Source: Marsupella aquatica (taxonomy: Eukaryota > Plantae > Marchantiophyta). From it: a stretch of DNA of 64,000 bases. The stretch spans positions 248,001 through 312,000 of the forward strand of contig OZ316897.1 in assembly GCA_973895155.1 (NCBI GenBank), in the 5' to 3' direction. Under the pieces are notes generated by a model. That model was not told the DNA's origin, ran no database searches, and saw nothing but the letters and a program-made list of their open reading frames with translations. Below, in pieces: positions 50,222-61,800 of this stretch; the stretch's first letter is position 1, and the number at the start of each line of letters is the position of its first letter. A program made the translations under genes and the position numbers.

Positions 50222-53155
50222 ATGTTGTACGGGAAAAGTGGGACAAGAGGAGAGCGGGCCTATAGAGTTGTTCACCAGGCCAGGAGCTCTCAAAATGTTG
50301 CCCATCCGGTCCTTAACAATTACCGGATACCTACAAGTGGAATTGTGGGCTCCGTGATCAGGCAGACGTCTGGCTTGGAAAAATCTTACAACCCGTCCCG
50401 ACAGGGGGTGCAGCGGGGGATCGACGCGTTTCGTGATCAATGGAGGCTTCAGAAGATGGTTGCCGAGCTATACAGCAGGGACGCTGAATCAGAACAGCCT
50501 AAATATAGACGGGAAGCTGAAACCTTCGCTGGTTTTCAAGGTGCAAGACGGCATGGCAACAATGTAGAACATCTGGAGGCACCATACCCTCAAACTCGCG
50601 CAGGAGCTGTTAAGTGGAGGGAAGCTGCAAAGATGATCCAGCAGAACAGGAACCCTTCATATAAAGTCGGTTGTGGGATTGAATTACGTCAACAGAACAC
50701 TGACAGCTTGAAAGTGGAACTCGAACGAGTAGGTAACATAAAAGCGAATTTAACCAAAAGTATAACAACGAACGATGTGCAGGAGATTCGGGAGCCAGAA
50801 CCTTTATCCACAGAGGAAGAGGGACAATCTTCAGCTATCTCTGAGAAGGGGGCGACTGAGAATTCAGTAAGACAGGACCTGAGAACTGAGGAGCTGCTCA
50901 GGAAAGCACTTTGGATGGATGGCTGGTCAACTCCAACACGGGTGAAGGTCAGGCTCAAATTGATTATTCAGTGCACATCGCAATCTCGTGCGAGTTATGG
51001 TACCAGAGATTGGTCTCGAGACACTTCACAGCGGAACGGCAGCACGCAATTGCACAGTGCTGCTGCCACAACTGAAGCAATTGCTGTTTTCAAGAATCGT
51101 CTTCAACGAGGCATTACTAGAGACTCGTACACGTATGTTAAAGTTCTGCAAATGTGCTTGAAACAGAAAGACCTGATAGCAATCAAGCAAGTTCATGACT
51201 GCATCATCCAGAATGGAATGGATAAGAATCCCTCTGTGTCGAACACCCTACTGCATTCGTATATCAGATGCGGGGGAATTTTGGCTGCACGTCGAGTTTT
51301 TGACGAACTTGACACGAAGAGTGTTATTACTTGGAACATGATGATTGCAGGATATGCTAGGAGTGATCATCCTGAATCCGCACTGGACGTTTTCGAATTA
51401 ATGCGCCAAGACGGTGTGCGGCCTAACGCGGTCACATATCTGTGCATCCTGAAGGCATGTGCTAGCCCGTTAGCGCTCACATGGGGGGAAAACGTTCATG
51501 AGTGTATTCGTCATGCCGGCTTTGAATCAGATGTGCGTGTAGGGACTGCGCTCGTTAGGATGTATGCAAAGTGTGGGTGTATCACGGAGGCAAGGCGAGT
51601 TTTCGAAAACTTGACTAATCGCGATGTAATCACATGGAGTATCATGATTGGCGCGTATGCCGAACTTGGTCGTGGTGTGGAAGCATATGAAGTGTTTCGC
51701 AGAATGAGGCAAGAAGGCTTCGAACCAAATGCAATCACATATATGAACATTCTGAATGCATCTGCAAGTGCGGGGGCCTTGGAGTGGGTGAGGGATGTTC
51801 ATGGCCATGCTCGCAAAGCGGGACTGGAGTCGGATTTGCGTGTGGGCGCTGCACTGGTTCACATGTATGCGAAAAGTGGTAGCATTGATGATGCCAGATT
51901 GATTTTTGATAGATTGAAGGTGCTGGATGTAGTCACATGGAACATAATGATCGGAGCATATGCAGAACGTGGTCGTGGTGTGGAAGCATATCAGCTGTTT
52001 CTCCAAATGAGACGGGAAGGCTTGGAACCAGATGGAATCACGTATGTGAATATCCTCAATGCATCTTCAAGTGCGGGGGCCTTGGATTGGGTGAAGGAAG
52101 TTCATGGCCATGCTTGCAACGCGGGACTGGACTCGGATTTGCGTGTGGGCAATGCACTTGTCCACATGTATGCGAAGACAGGCAGTATACACGCTGCCCG
52201 ACTAGGTTTTGACAGAATGAAGAAACGGGATGTAATAACGTGGACCGCAATGATCGGTGGTCTTGCACAACATGGCTGTGGGCATGAAGCCCTGGAACTC
52301 TTTAAAACAATGAATGCGGATCGTGTGAAGCCCAACGGAACTACCTTCGTAGCAGTTTTGTCCGCCTGTTGTCAAGCAGGCCTTCTTGATGACGGCCGTA
52401 GACTCTTTCTAGCTATGAAGGAACATTATGGCATCGAGCCTGACATTGTGCATTATACCTGCATGGTGGACCTTCTTGGGCGCGCCGGACACTTGGAGGA
52501 AGCAAAACTCTTCATTAGTGACATGCCAGTTGAACCAAATGAAGTAACTTGGAAAGCCTTGCTTGGGGCGTGTAGAACTTACGGTAATGTGGAGTTGGGC
52601 GAACTTGCCGCTGAAGAGCTTTTCAAGTTGGAACCCAATAATTCCTGTGCATATGTGCTCCTCTCTAACATATACGCTGCAGCTGGCAAGTGGGGGAAGG
52701 TGTCTTTCGTGCGCACTATGATGCAAAAAAGAGGTGTACGGAAGGAGCCAGGGCGTAGCTGGATTGAAGTTGATAACAAGGTCCATGAATTTGTCGTAGG
52801 GGATACAAGTCACCCAGAAGCGAAGGAGATATACACTTACATAAATAAATTGACTGAAAAACTGAAGGCAGAAGGCTATATTCCGGATACCCAGATTGTG
52901 TTGCAAAATATCGATGAGGAGGATAAGGAACTAGCTCTTTGCTCTCACAGCGAGAAGTTGGCGATTGGATACGGACTTATGCGCATACCTTTGGGAAAAC
53001 CAATTCGTGTATTTAAGAACCTACGAGTGTGTTCAGATTGCCATACGGCAACCAAGTTAATCTCTAAGGTGACGGGCCGAGAGATTATAGCCAGGGATAC
53101 AAATCGCTTTCACCATTTTAAAGATGGCGCCTGTTCTTGCAGTGATTACTGGTGA
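50222..53155 (+). CDS. PLS-class PPR-DYW editing factor, 14 PPR motifs, long N-terminal extension
   Basis: Open ORF (first ATG 50222) with PLS motifs, KEPGRSWIEV, HSEKLA, CSDCH, HHFKDGACSCSDYW*. Upstream 49213-50045 is homologous to the intron/exon 2 of the 38843 paralog but broken; start uncertain. Confidence 0.92.
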   Translation: MLYGKSGTRGERAYRVVHQARSSQNVAHPVLNNYRIPTSGIVGSVIRQTSGLEKSYNPSRQGVQRGIDAFRDQWRLQKMVAELYSRDAESEQPKYRREAETFAGFQGARRHGNNVEHLEAPYPQTRAGAVKWREAAKMIQQNRNPSYKVGCGIELRQQNTDSLKVELERVGNIKANLTKSITTNDVQEIREPEPLSTEEEGQSSAISEKGATENSVRQDLRTEELLRKALWMDGWSTPTRVKVRLKLIIQCTSQSRASYGTRDWSRDTSQRNGSTQLHSAAATTEAIAVFKNRLQRGITRDSYTYVKVLQMCLKQKDLIAIKQVHDCIIQNGMDKNPSVSNTLLHSYIRCGGILAARRVFDELDTKSVITWNMMIAGYARSDHPESALDVFELMRQDGVRPNAVTYLCILKACASPLALTWGENVHECIRHAGFESDVRVGTALVRMYAKCGCITEARRVFENLTNRDVITWSIMIGAYAELGRGVEAYEVFRRMRQEGFEPNAITYMNILNASASAGALEWVRDVHGHARKAGLESDLRVGAALVHMYAKSGSIDDARLIFDRLKVLDVVTWNIMIGAYAERGRGVEAYQLFLQMRREGLEPDGITYVNILNASSSAGALDWVKEVHGHACNAGLDSDLRVGNALVHMYAKTGSIHAARLGFDRMKKRDVITWTAMIGGLAQHGCGHEALELFKTMNADRVKPNGTTFVAVLSACCQAGLLDDGRRLFLAMKEHYGIEPDIVHYTCMVDLLGRAGHLEEAKLFISDMPVEPNEVTWKALLGACRTYGNVELGELAAEELFKLEPNNSCAYVLLSNIYAAAGKWGKVSFVRTMMQKRGVRKEPGRSWIEVDNKVHEFVVGDTSHPEAKEIYTYINKLTEKLKAEGYIPDTQIVLQNIDEEDKELALCSHSEKLAIGYGLMRIPLGKPIRVFKNLRVCSDCHTATKLISKVTGREIIARDTNRFHHFKDGACSCSDYW

Positions 53156-56100
53156 GCAGATTGGAAGCTGTGTTTCGTTGGGTGGAAATCAAATCTAAAG
53201 GAGTACTCACTAGCAGCCGAGATACAATCAATCGTTCTCTGAACAGCATTATTTTTGAGATGGTTTTGTTGCAGCTATCGACGCTGACAGTTCTGTGACT
53301 GCAACTTTAGGATAATGGAATGTGGTGTTGTGACGAGACCTTACAAGGCCGAAAGACTTTCGTACATTCACTATTTTTACGACCAACTGGAGCTCCCAAT
53401 CCTGCGGTACTCTCGCTGACAAACCGTTCGGAAGAAAGAAGTTGTTCACAGTTAGTGTTGGCAAATATTCCATTTCTAGGTTCTCGGGATAACATATAAC
53501 AGAAAATTTCTGTGAGTTACTGCTTGACCGTCGAAATCAAGCTCTTTGCTTGATATGCAGAAATTCTTCCGATACCTCCTGGAAATATTATCGTTAGATT
53601 AGGAGAGGAAGGGTTTAGCATAAGCGTGCTAGAAGCTGCCTTGTCGTGGGCATGGGCCTTGAAAGGATATCACACTTTGACTGACGCCAGGTGAAAACAT
53701 CCTACATGCAACATCTGTGAACATGTTGATCAAGAAGCTCACCCTGACTGAAGCTTTCCCTCAGATAACAAACGAATGAACATTTCGTTATGTACTGGAC
53801 TTAATTTGTTAAGGTGTTCGATTACTGGTTTTGTTTTCTCTTAAAAGGTTGTCATTCGGGCCTTTAAGGCTTTCTCATTCGAATGTTGGAGCTGCCCAAT
53901 CTGTTAATCAGAGCTAAACATGGTGGAACGTAGTGCCGTAGGCGATGGTACAACTAACGACTGTCTTGTGTACATTCTCGAGAGAGGGTCTCAGAGAACA
54001 ACTGACTTCTAGGATCTTTATACTGGACGACAGTTTTCCCCGTTCAACTCCTTGCAAATGTCGTCTTAGGCCAGTTCGTCTTTCTTCTAAATACCTTTAG
54101 ACCACGCTGACTAGCAAGTTTTTCTTTCGATTTTGACGCACTCGTCCGTTGTATTTGTGAGTGTCAATGATACTTCAGTTGTTACTTTATGCCTGGATTG
54201 GGTTCTGCAGCATATCACCCCGACAGGTCAAAGAGCTGCTACGTAAACCACAAAACTGCCATGGTTGCCCTTCCACAATATTACAACAGAAACAATTGAT
54301 TTAGTAAACTTGCATTGATTTAGTAAACTTGCTGCAATCCCAGAATCACAGGATCGATTGGTGTCCGTCGTTCCCTTATTTCTGGCCTTAGAGAGGAGCT
54401 CTTCATATCTGTGACCGATCATATCTGCTGTATACTTATAGATCCTCTGATCAGAGGAGTCAAAGCTCGCCAAACTTTAACGTGAAGGGAGGCGGTAGAT
54501 GTGCAGAGGGAGCGACTAGTTGTGACTGTAACCTTTGTGACCCAAACTGAGAATGACAGGCCCATCTCGACGTGCGTAATATTACCTATTTAAGATGAAG
54601 GTTTGCTCCTGGATTTCATATGTACAGTAAAATATTCGAGTTCTGCCACTTCAGGTCTTTGTCCTGACGTACCTAGTCAAGTAGAAATTGCAGTGTGGAA
54701 ATTCTTGAAATATGTGCTACACATTTAACGCTTTCAGCGATCTTCCTTGCACACACAGTTTCGGCATATGTTGAACTTTGCATAGTTTGTGTCAGAATCA
54801 TTCGTGCATGACATTGACCTTCTTACGCTGTTGGAATTTCATGAATATATATAGCATCATGTCTTGGAAGATGCCATTTTGGGATTATGCAAGTCATTAA
54901 TGCGAGGATAAGGAAGTAAATGACAGTTTGTTCCGCAGTAATATTCTAAAGGGGTCATTTTGTTCCCACTTGTAAATTTGTCCTTCGTCATATAGAGCAC
55001 GGACATGCGGATTTACATGCCCTCCTCTCTCGTGTGCTTGCTGGCACAAATGTATACGACAAGAGTGCTCCATTCGGTTCATTTGTTTAGCTTGCCAGTC
55101 CATCCACTAAGGTAGATTTCACCATTAAGCGAGCCATTAAGACGCCGTTTCAATAGTTCATTTACTGGGACCAGTTCTCTTGCGCGGATGCATTTTGGTA
55201 AATTCTCTACATGATTTGTACATCTTCTTGATGATGTCCATCCTTCTTGTACCATCTGAATGGAGACTCATATATACATTTAGCAGGTCCGGGCCTTCCC
55301 GTAGGAAAGTTCGGTAAGTACGTTTACACGAGCGTATTGTAGATCAGTCAGATTTAGACTGTGTCCTTACAGAAAATGTATCTACTTGTATCCTGCTTTG
55401 CCTCGATACACTGAAGTAGTTGTATGTTGGACGGCAAGGGGCTTTGGTAGCGGTGGTCAATTTTGGCGATGGTGCATGGCGCGCAATTTTACTGAATTCG
55501 CACCGCCAAAGATATTAGCTTATGTCGGTGCCTAATGCAAAATTTGACAGAGTAACTCGTTGAGAGAATTCATTTGGTTTGGTGACACTAGCGTCATCAT
55601 TCGTGAACCACCTAAACCTTGCGTAGGTGGCTGAGCTTCACGGTGGCAATTCCGACTTTTTGAAGGATATTAGAATAAGATTCAGGGCTAAAAACAAATT
55701 GGCTTGCTATAAGAATCAAATGTGATTGCTATGTGGCTTAATTTAACTTTCACTTTTGTTTCGAAAGCCATCTTTTGCCAACGAATTTCTTAAGGTGTCA
55801 ATTCAGAAGCGATGAAATTCCCGAAACACGTTTCGTTGTGAGAGTTCCCTTTTATCAGTCAACACGAGCGCAGTTGTACTTTAGCTGTTCATTCCAATCA
55901 AACAGTGTCTTAGGCGTTCAGGCTCTGAGTTGAGTTAGCTCGACCGTTCTCTACCGTCTGTAAGCTACTTTCCAGGCCGGCAGACGATCGCTAAACGTTT
56001 TAAGAAATTTTCGTCTGTCGCGCACGTGGCCCTTAAGATCATCGCCACAGCTTGGAGATGTGATTGGATTCATCCCAAATACTAGTTTTATTTATTTATT

Positions 56101-56719
56101 ACAAAGCTGGGTCCGGAACGGCAGGTTGGAATACTTGCCCCGATGTCGGAAAGATGGCCATTGTACCTGTTTTATGGCAATATATGTTCAGGAACGACTA
56201 CTTCACTTACCAGTCTGCGTGTCAAATTCGTGCAGCATGGCGCGTCTGATTTAGAAGTGCATCATCGAATCCTTCGATATGGTCGGTTTCTTGGGTGTTC
56301 TTCCTTCTCTCTATCTCAGTCTCCATTTTCCGCAGCCTAGCCTGTCCAGATTTAAAAACGTCACCGCCGGCGATCTTGGCATGAAGACTAAACTAATTTG
56401 TACTTCTGTGACCGCTGTTCTTAACAACCGGCTCAAATGTGCGTTCAGCAGTGTCTCGATCTTGCTTTAGTTTCCTCTTAGAAGGAACAGACTGGGGGGA
56501 TCGAACAGCTCCGCAGATCCAAAGTTCAGGCCACTATATTATCACGTTCTCCCTCAAACACATCGGGTGATAAACGCAATATACTCTATCCTGCCTCATA
56601 TAGTTGTGAAGGAAAGGACAAATGACTTGTACTCAATTTTCGCTGTAGAGAATCTCTTTGCTTGGTATCCCTCCATGCCAGGGTTCCGATAGTAGCTTAC
56701 AGCAATCGTTTGGCAGAAA

Positions 56720-57175
56720 ATGACCGACTTGGACCGAGAGAGCGCGTTGATCTACAGTGGACACGATTCGGTGTGCCGGAAACGGGCTCAGAGGGTCCTA
56801 GAGGAGCATAAGTTGCCGTTAGGCTTGCTGTTCGTTGAGGATGTTCTCGAGTTCGGGTTTAACAAAAATACGGGCTATATGTGGATAATTCAAAGGAACC
56901 AGACGGAGCACTACTTCGAGGAGATCGATGAGCTGGTGAGCTACGCAACGGAAGTGTCGGCCTATATTGAAGAGGGCCGCATGAAAAAAGTGAGAGGCAT
57001 CAAAGCTAGGGAGCTCGTCATTTGGTTCCCCGTCAACGACATCAGCGTAGGCGGGGACAAAGCGTTTGTCAAGAGCTTCGCGAATATCACGAAGGCCTTC
57101 CCCGTCACGGCTTTTGAGGAACAAGTGAGACCTGGTCCCGCTAACCGCCAGCGAATATCAACCGGGCCGACCTGA
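56720..57175 (+). CDS. DUF538 family protein (151 aa, single exon)
   Basis: LEEHKLPLGLL, FGFNKNTGYMW, VSYATEVSAYIE.GRMKKVRGIKARELVIW and F.SFANITKAFPV motifs; TATA-like sequence upstream. Confidence 0.9.
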   Translation: MTDLDRESALIYSGHDSVCRKRAQRVLEEHKLPLGLLFVEDVLEFGFNKNTGYMWIIQRNQTEHYFEEIDELVSYATEVSAYIEEGRMKKVRGIKARELVIWFPVNDISVGGDKAFVKSFANITKAFPVTAFEEQVRPGPANRQRISTGPT

Positions 57176-57714
57176 TCGTAGTGAATGATGATCAATTACT
57201 AGATCGACTCAAGAAATCGACAACTTCTGAAGGAAGCCCACACTCAGTAGCTGGTGCAAAGGTGAGATAACGGCAGTCATACTATCTCAAAGTTATGTAT
57301 TACAAACGGAAATAATATTACTGCAGACGTATGGATCTTGATCGGTGTCAGGTGTATTGGACAATTACGCACCGGTGTTTCCCGCAGAGCGCTGAGAGCT
57401 GTACCCAAAGCACAGGAACCATGGGATCGATAACATCACCAAATTCGATTGAGGGTGATTTTTGCATCTAGTGATCGACGTAGGCGAAGACCGGCAATAA
57501 AGTAGTCAATCCAATCCTTTAGGGCCTTTAGGGACTGATCTAACGGTAGCTACTCAATCCGAATGATTTTGGTGTTTCACCCAAATCAATTCCTTTGGGC
57601 TCAGCCCAAGAATCACTGTGGCTTAATATATTGCACGTGGCTCATACCAGGGAGAGAGGGAGAGATAGGCTTAGTAGACCCCCCCCCTTCTGGAAAAAGT
57701 TTGCTTAATCTGGA

Positions 57715-57964
57715 CAGTTTGAAGGGTTTAGGGTTTGAAGTACCTTTAGATCTCAGATCTGGACTTTTGATAGACCTGAGGAGGTCAACCTCCTCAATAC
57801 TTTTCCCCAGTTTGAAAGGTTTAGGGTTTGAAGTACCTTTAGATCTCAGATCTGGACTGTTGATAGACCTGAGGGGGTCAACCTCCTTAATACTTTTCCC
57901 CAATGTGGATGGTTGATGGACCTTTCGATCTCAGATCTAGACCGTTGATAGACCTCAGGAGGTC
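57715..57964. repeat. 93-bp tandem repeat (~2.7 copies) containing GGTTTAGGGTTT, in a probable LTR remnant
   Basis: Units start at 57715, 57808 and 57901; a PBS-like TGGTATCAA follows ...GTTACCA at ~58292. Confidence 0.8.
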
Positions 57965-58832
57965 GATCAAGTAACAAGTTTCATTTTTGGGATGGATCAA
58001 GCAAATTAAGCTTAGCGAATACCAGGGGCTCATGATGGCGATGTGCTCAGTGAAAGATTCGTAGATGACATGACCTTGTGAAGATGTACTCTCTTTGTAT
58101 TGTGTGTCCTTCCCTAGAGCTGTAGAAAAGGCTACTTCTCCATCTCATATCTCCTCCTGGCGGATACTGTCGGTAGGAAGAGAATTGAGAGTGAAAGCCG
58201 ATGTTCTGGCCCTTGTTGGCTGAGGGGAATGTTATGTTAAGCAGATTCGCATTGACAAGGAGTTCGGTTAAAGCAGATCACAAGTTACCAATGGTATCAA
58301 GTATTTTGCTGAGTTACATTGAGAAATTGTTATGTTCGTTTAAAGTAAAAAATGACAATTTACAAGGATAACTGCACACTTTCAGTCGACAATGAACAGG
58401 GCAATCTTTTCTGCAATTAACAAGCTCTACGGAGAAAACAGCAAAAATGTTCTGGACAATTAGAGCAACTTCATTGTATGCATCGTTTTGAGCCGCGCCA
58501 TGCACTACAGCACGAAGATGCGCTCTACCTGCTGAAGCGATCCTACCATTGAAAGCGATTCTTATCATTACTGAGTGTCATTGTATGTATCATCCTTCTC
58601 ATACTTTATGTCTAGCCATTTCAGATGAAGATATGAACATAGTCACTTGGATCTTCGTTTTCTTCTCGCAGTTTCTGAAGTATGCCAAAGATTATTGGAC
58701 TCATGTAGCCCATATACATCACGTTTCCACTCATTTAAACAACAGATCATAAAATGCAGGTTCCGCACAGGTGCCGATGCTACATAAGATTTGAATGATT
58801 GCTGTGAAGATCAAGGTCTGGCCCTTGGATCA

Positions 58833-61800
58833 TTATTTCACTATGGCGAATGAATCTCCCATTGTTCCATTGGCATAAGTAAACTGCGACCGAACACAAA
58901 TGCCAGCACATAAAGGTCGGTCAATTCTTAGAAAGTAGGTGACTTCTTAGCTAGCTTACTTGACGCTTTAACAAAGCTTCACTGAAGAGCAATTGACATT
59001 TTTGTCGGTAGAACAAAATCGATTACACGATGCTCAAATCTAAAGCTATTCTAACTCGTAATAGCCTAGTACCGTGAAGGAGGATTTCAGGTCGTAACTC
59101 TATGGTGAGGTAGATTACTGAACAATTAAATATTCCTCTTGTTGACAATATCACCCATCATAGTCTAGAACCATCCATATTCAGATACTGAAAAGTCAGA
59201 GATTGAAAATGGGGCTCACCGTGAATAGCAGCTCATGTGGAGTAGCCTGAATCCCCGCATATCCATATTCAGATATACGCTTCGAGCTCCAAACATCCGG
59301 CTGCAGAAAGGAGCCACAACTTTGATGAAACATTGTTCCTTTGAGACTCTGTCTTCACATGGTCTATGGAAGGAAAGTTGGTCACCAAAACCTACGATCT
59401 AAGTATATAGCTGTGGTATCAACGCCGCTTTAAGTATAGTTCTGGCAGATTGTTACTGGTTGATTTAATGAATGGAAATAGTATGCCCATGAGAACCAGC
59501 CAACAATACACACGAAAAATATGCAATGATCTATTTGTCATCATCGACAACGTCAATAGCAAAAGGAAGTGAAAGCAAAAGCCATCGACATCAACATCGA
59601 CATCAAAAGGAACTGAAACCAAGTCTTTAGATTTTGACGTAGTTTTCATGCACTTAGTATTTGAGAGGCTTTCAACATCTAACCCGCTAATGTTTACAGT
59701 CCATAATAGGGCGAAGGAATGCTTACATTAGGTCTGAAAGAATCCAATGAGAATCCGGACATGCCTATCACCGCTTGCACTGGAGCAGCATAAGTAACGA
59801 AGTTAAACGTGTCGACTCCAGATATATCCTTCGTAGCATTTTGCAAGCACTTTCCTTGATAGACAGCACATAGTCGCTCATAGTTGTGCACATGGCCTGC
59901 TAGTGCCAAGTCAACCTGTTCCCTTGAAGAATCATGTTTTAATCATAAACTGTGTAATCAAAGCTCCTCCATTCAATCCAATTCGTTTTTGGCGCAGTTA
60001 GCTTTAAAACATATAAGTCCAGTCTAAGCCAAACAGAAGCTAGTAGCATTCCTACATTGCTAGCGTTTAGTAGTTCATCTCAGCTTGCTCAAGATGATCA
60101 AACAATTGACCAATCTGTCTTCTGCTGGACAAGTTACCTGCCCTCCAAACAGGAGTGGCTCAACTGCAGCAGTATAAGCAATATCCACGGAAGGACTTAT
60201 CTCTCCAAAAAGGGATTCTGCGAGAGAAGAATACATCGGACGATGCCTGCATATCATATCATAACATGATGAGAAATCCCACACCAAAACAATTTACTTT
60301 AAGAATTTTCAAAATGAGGAAAGTTCAGCACGCAAGCTTAGTAGACGATTTCAAGTTTTAGCTGTCTTCCTAAATCGATAAAATCAATACCCACACATGT
60401 TAAATATACCATATGCAAGATACACACGCGCACAGAGGTGTCTCCGAGTAAACCATTGACGAAAAGAAACTGCAACTCAACCAATAATTGATGCTCAGCA
60501 GAACCAGTATCTGCTTTCTTACAGGTAAGTGACGTTTCACAAAATTAATAATTAGTTTTGATCTAGTTTACAAGAATTGCCTACATCGAAAACTGCTCTC
60601 AAGTTGATTTCAAAGTACATTGATAGGGGGAAAAAGAATTGTCATGAATTTAGAGAGCATTACCCGGCAAAAATAACCCAAGGTGTTTTCGACCTATTCA
60701 CAGACGCCAGATCAAGTCTAATCCAGTTATACTGCAAAAGAACAATACAGGCGTCAGAAACCAAAGGTGTTTTCGACAGGTTCACAGAGGTTAGATCACT
60801 TCTAATCCAATTTTGCTGCAAAAGGACATTACAGGGATCAAAAATCGACATTCGAAATACGACAAGTTTGCCACCCGCGATCACTGACATTGTCGTCAAA
60901 GTAATGCTATCGTATGTAGAAGATCATGCTAACAGATCTCAAAACTGTTAATCTGCTTTTAAACATTATATAATGTGAAAGAAAAAAAACATTATATAAT
61001 GTGGTTTCCTGCGGTCAATTGTGAAGTACTGAACACAGTTCATTGCATTCATCAACTAGAACATGGGTAGTCATTATGATAGATTTTATTGGAATGGCGT
61101 TGCAGCAAAGTATACGCTGCTAATGTTGACTTTTGGAAATCTGAATAGCTTTCCAGTCAGGTTTTAGTCTCACTTGCAATACCTATTTTCTTTGATGATA
61201 ACTTTGGGTGCAATATATTTATGATCTAGCCAGCAACCAGCTCAAGTGACGAGATAGATATAGGACCTGTTCTGTTCCACTATGCCAATCATGCTCCGTG
61301 GACATAATGGTGAAGTGTATTGGACCTGACTCGATCGAGTACCATGGTTTGTCCAGAGCAGGAGTGGGCATCTGAAAATATCTGTAGTATGGAATCCCGC
61401 ACTCGCCTCCAGAGTCAGTCAGCCCATAGTAAGATCCTGAATTAGGGTGGTCTCTGCAGAGAGGACCAACATAAATAATGATAAATCAAAATTCTGTTGA
61501 TGCTAGACCTACATTGAGCTTCAGAACAAACTTGGAATAAACAAATTCAAGCAACTGCAGCAAGAGAGATGCCATTCACATGCACCTTATTTCACATTGT
61601 CCCAGACGTAAAATTACCTCTCATGGTTTCCAATAGCTGTCATGTAGGAAACTTGTGATGCAGCCGGGTTAATGATGTCCAGAAAATTCTCCCACTCAAC
61701 AAGGAATCCAGTCGCATAGCTAATATCCCCGATGTGGAAGACAACATCTATTCCTCCTGTGTTCACTGCCTTAGTGACAGCATCTATCACAGATATTGAT

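Noticed and set aside
54228-55290. Exon-like minus-strand segments
   Set aside because: Could not assemble a reading frame or recognise a family.
57563-57916. 117-aa ORF with a 31-aa repeat
   Set aside because: Translation of the 93-bp tandem repeat; no coding evidence.
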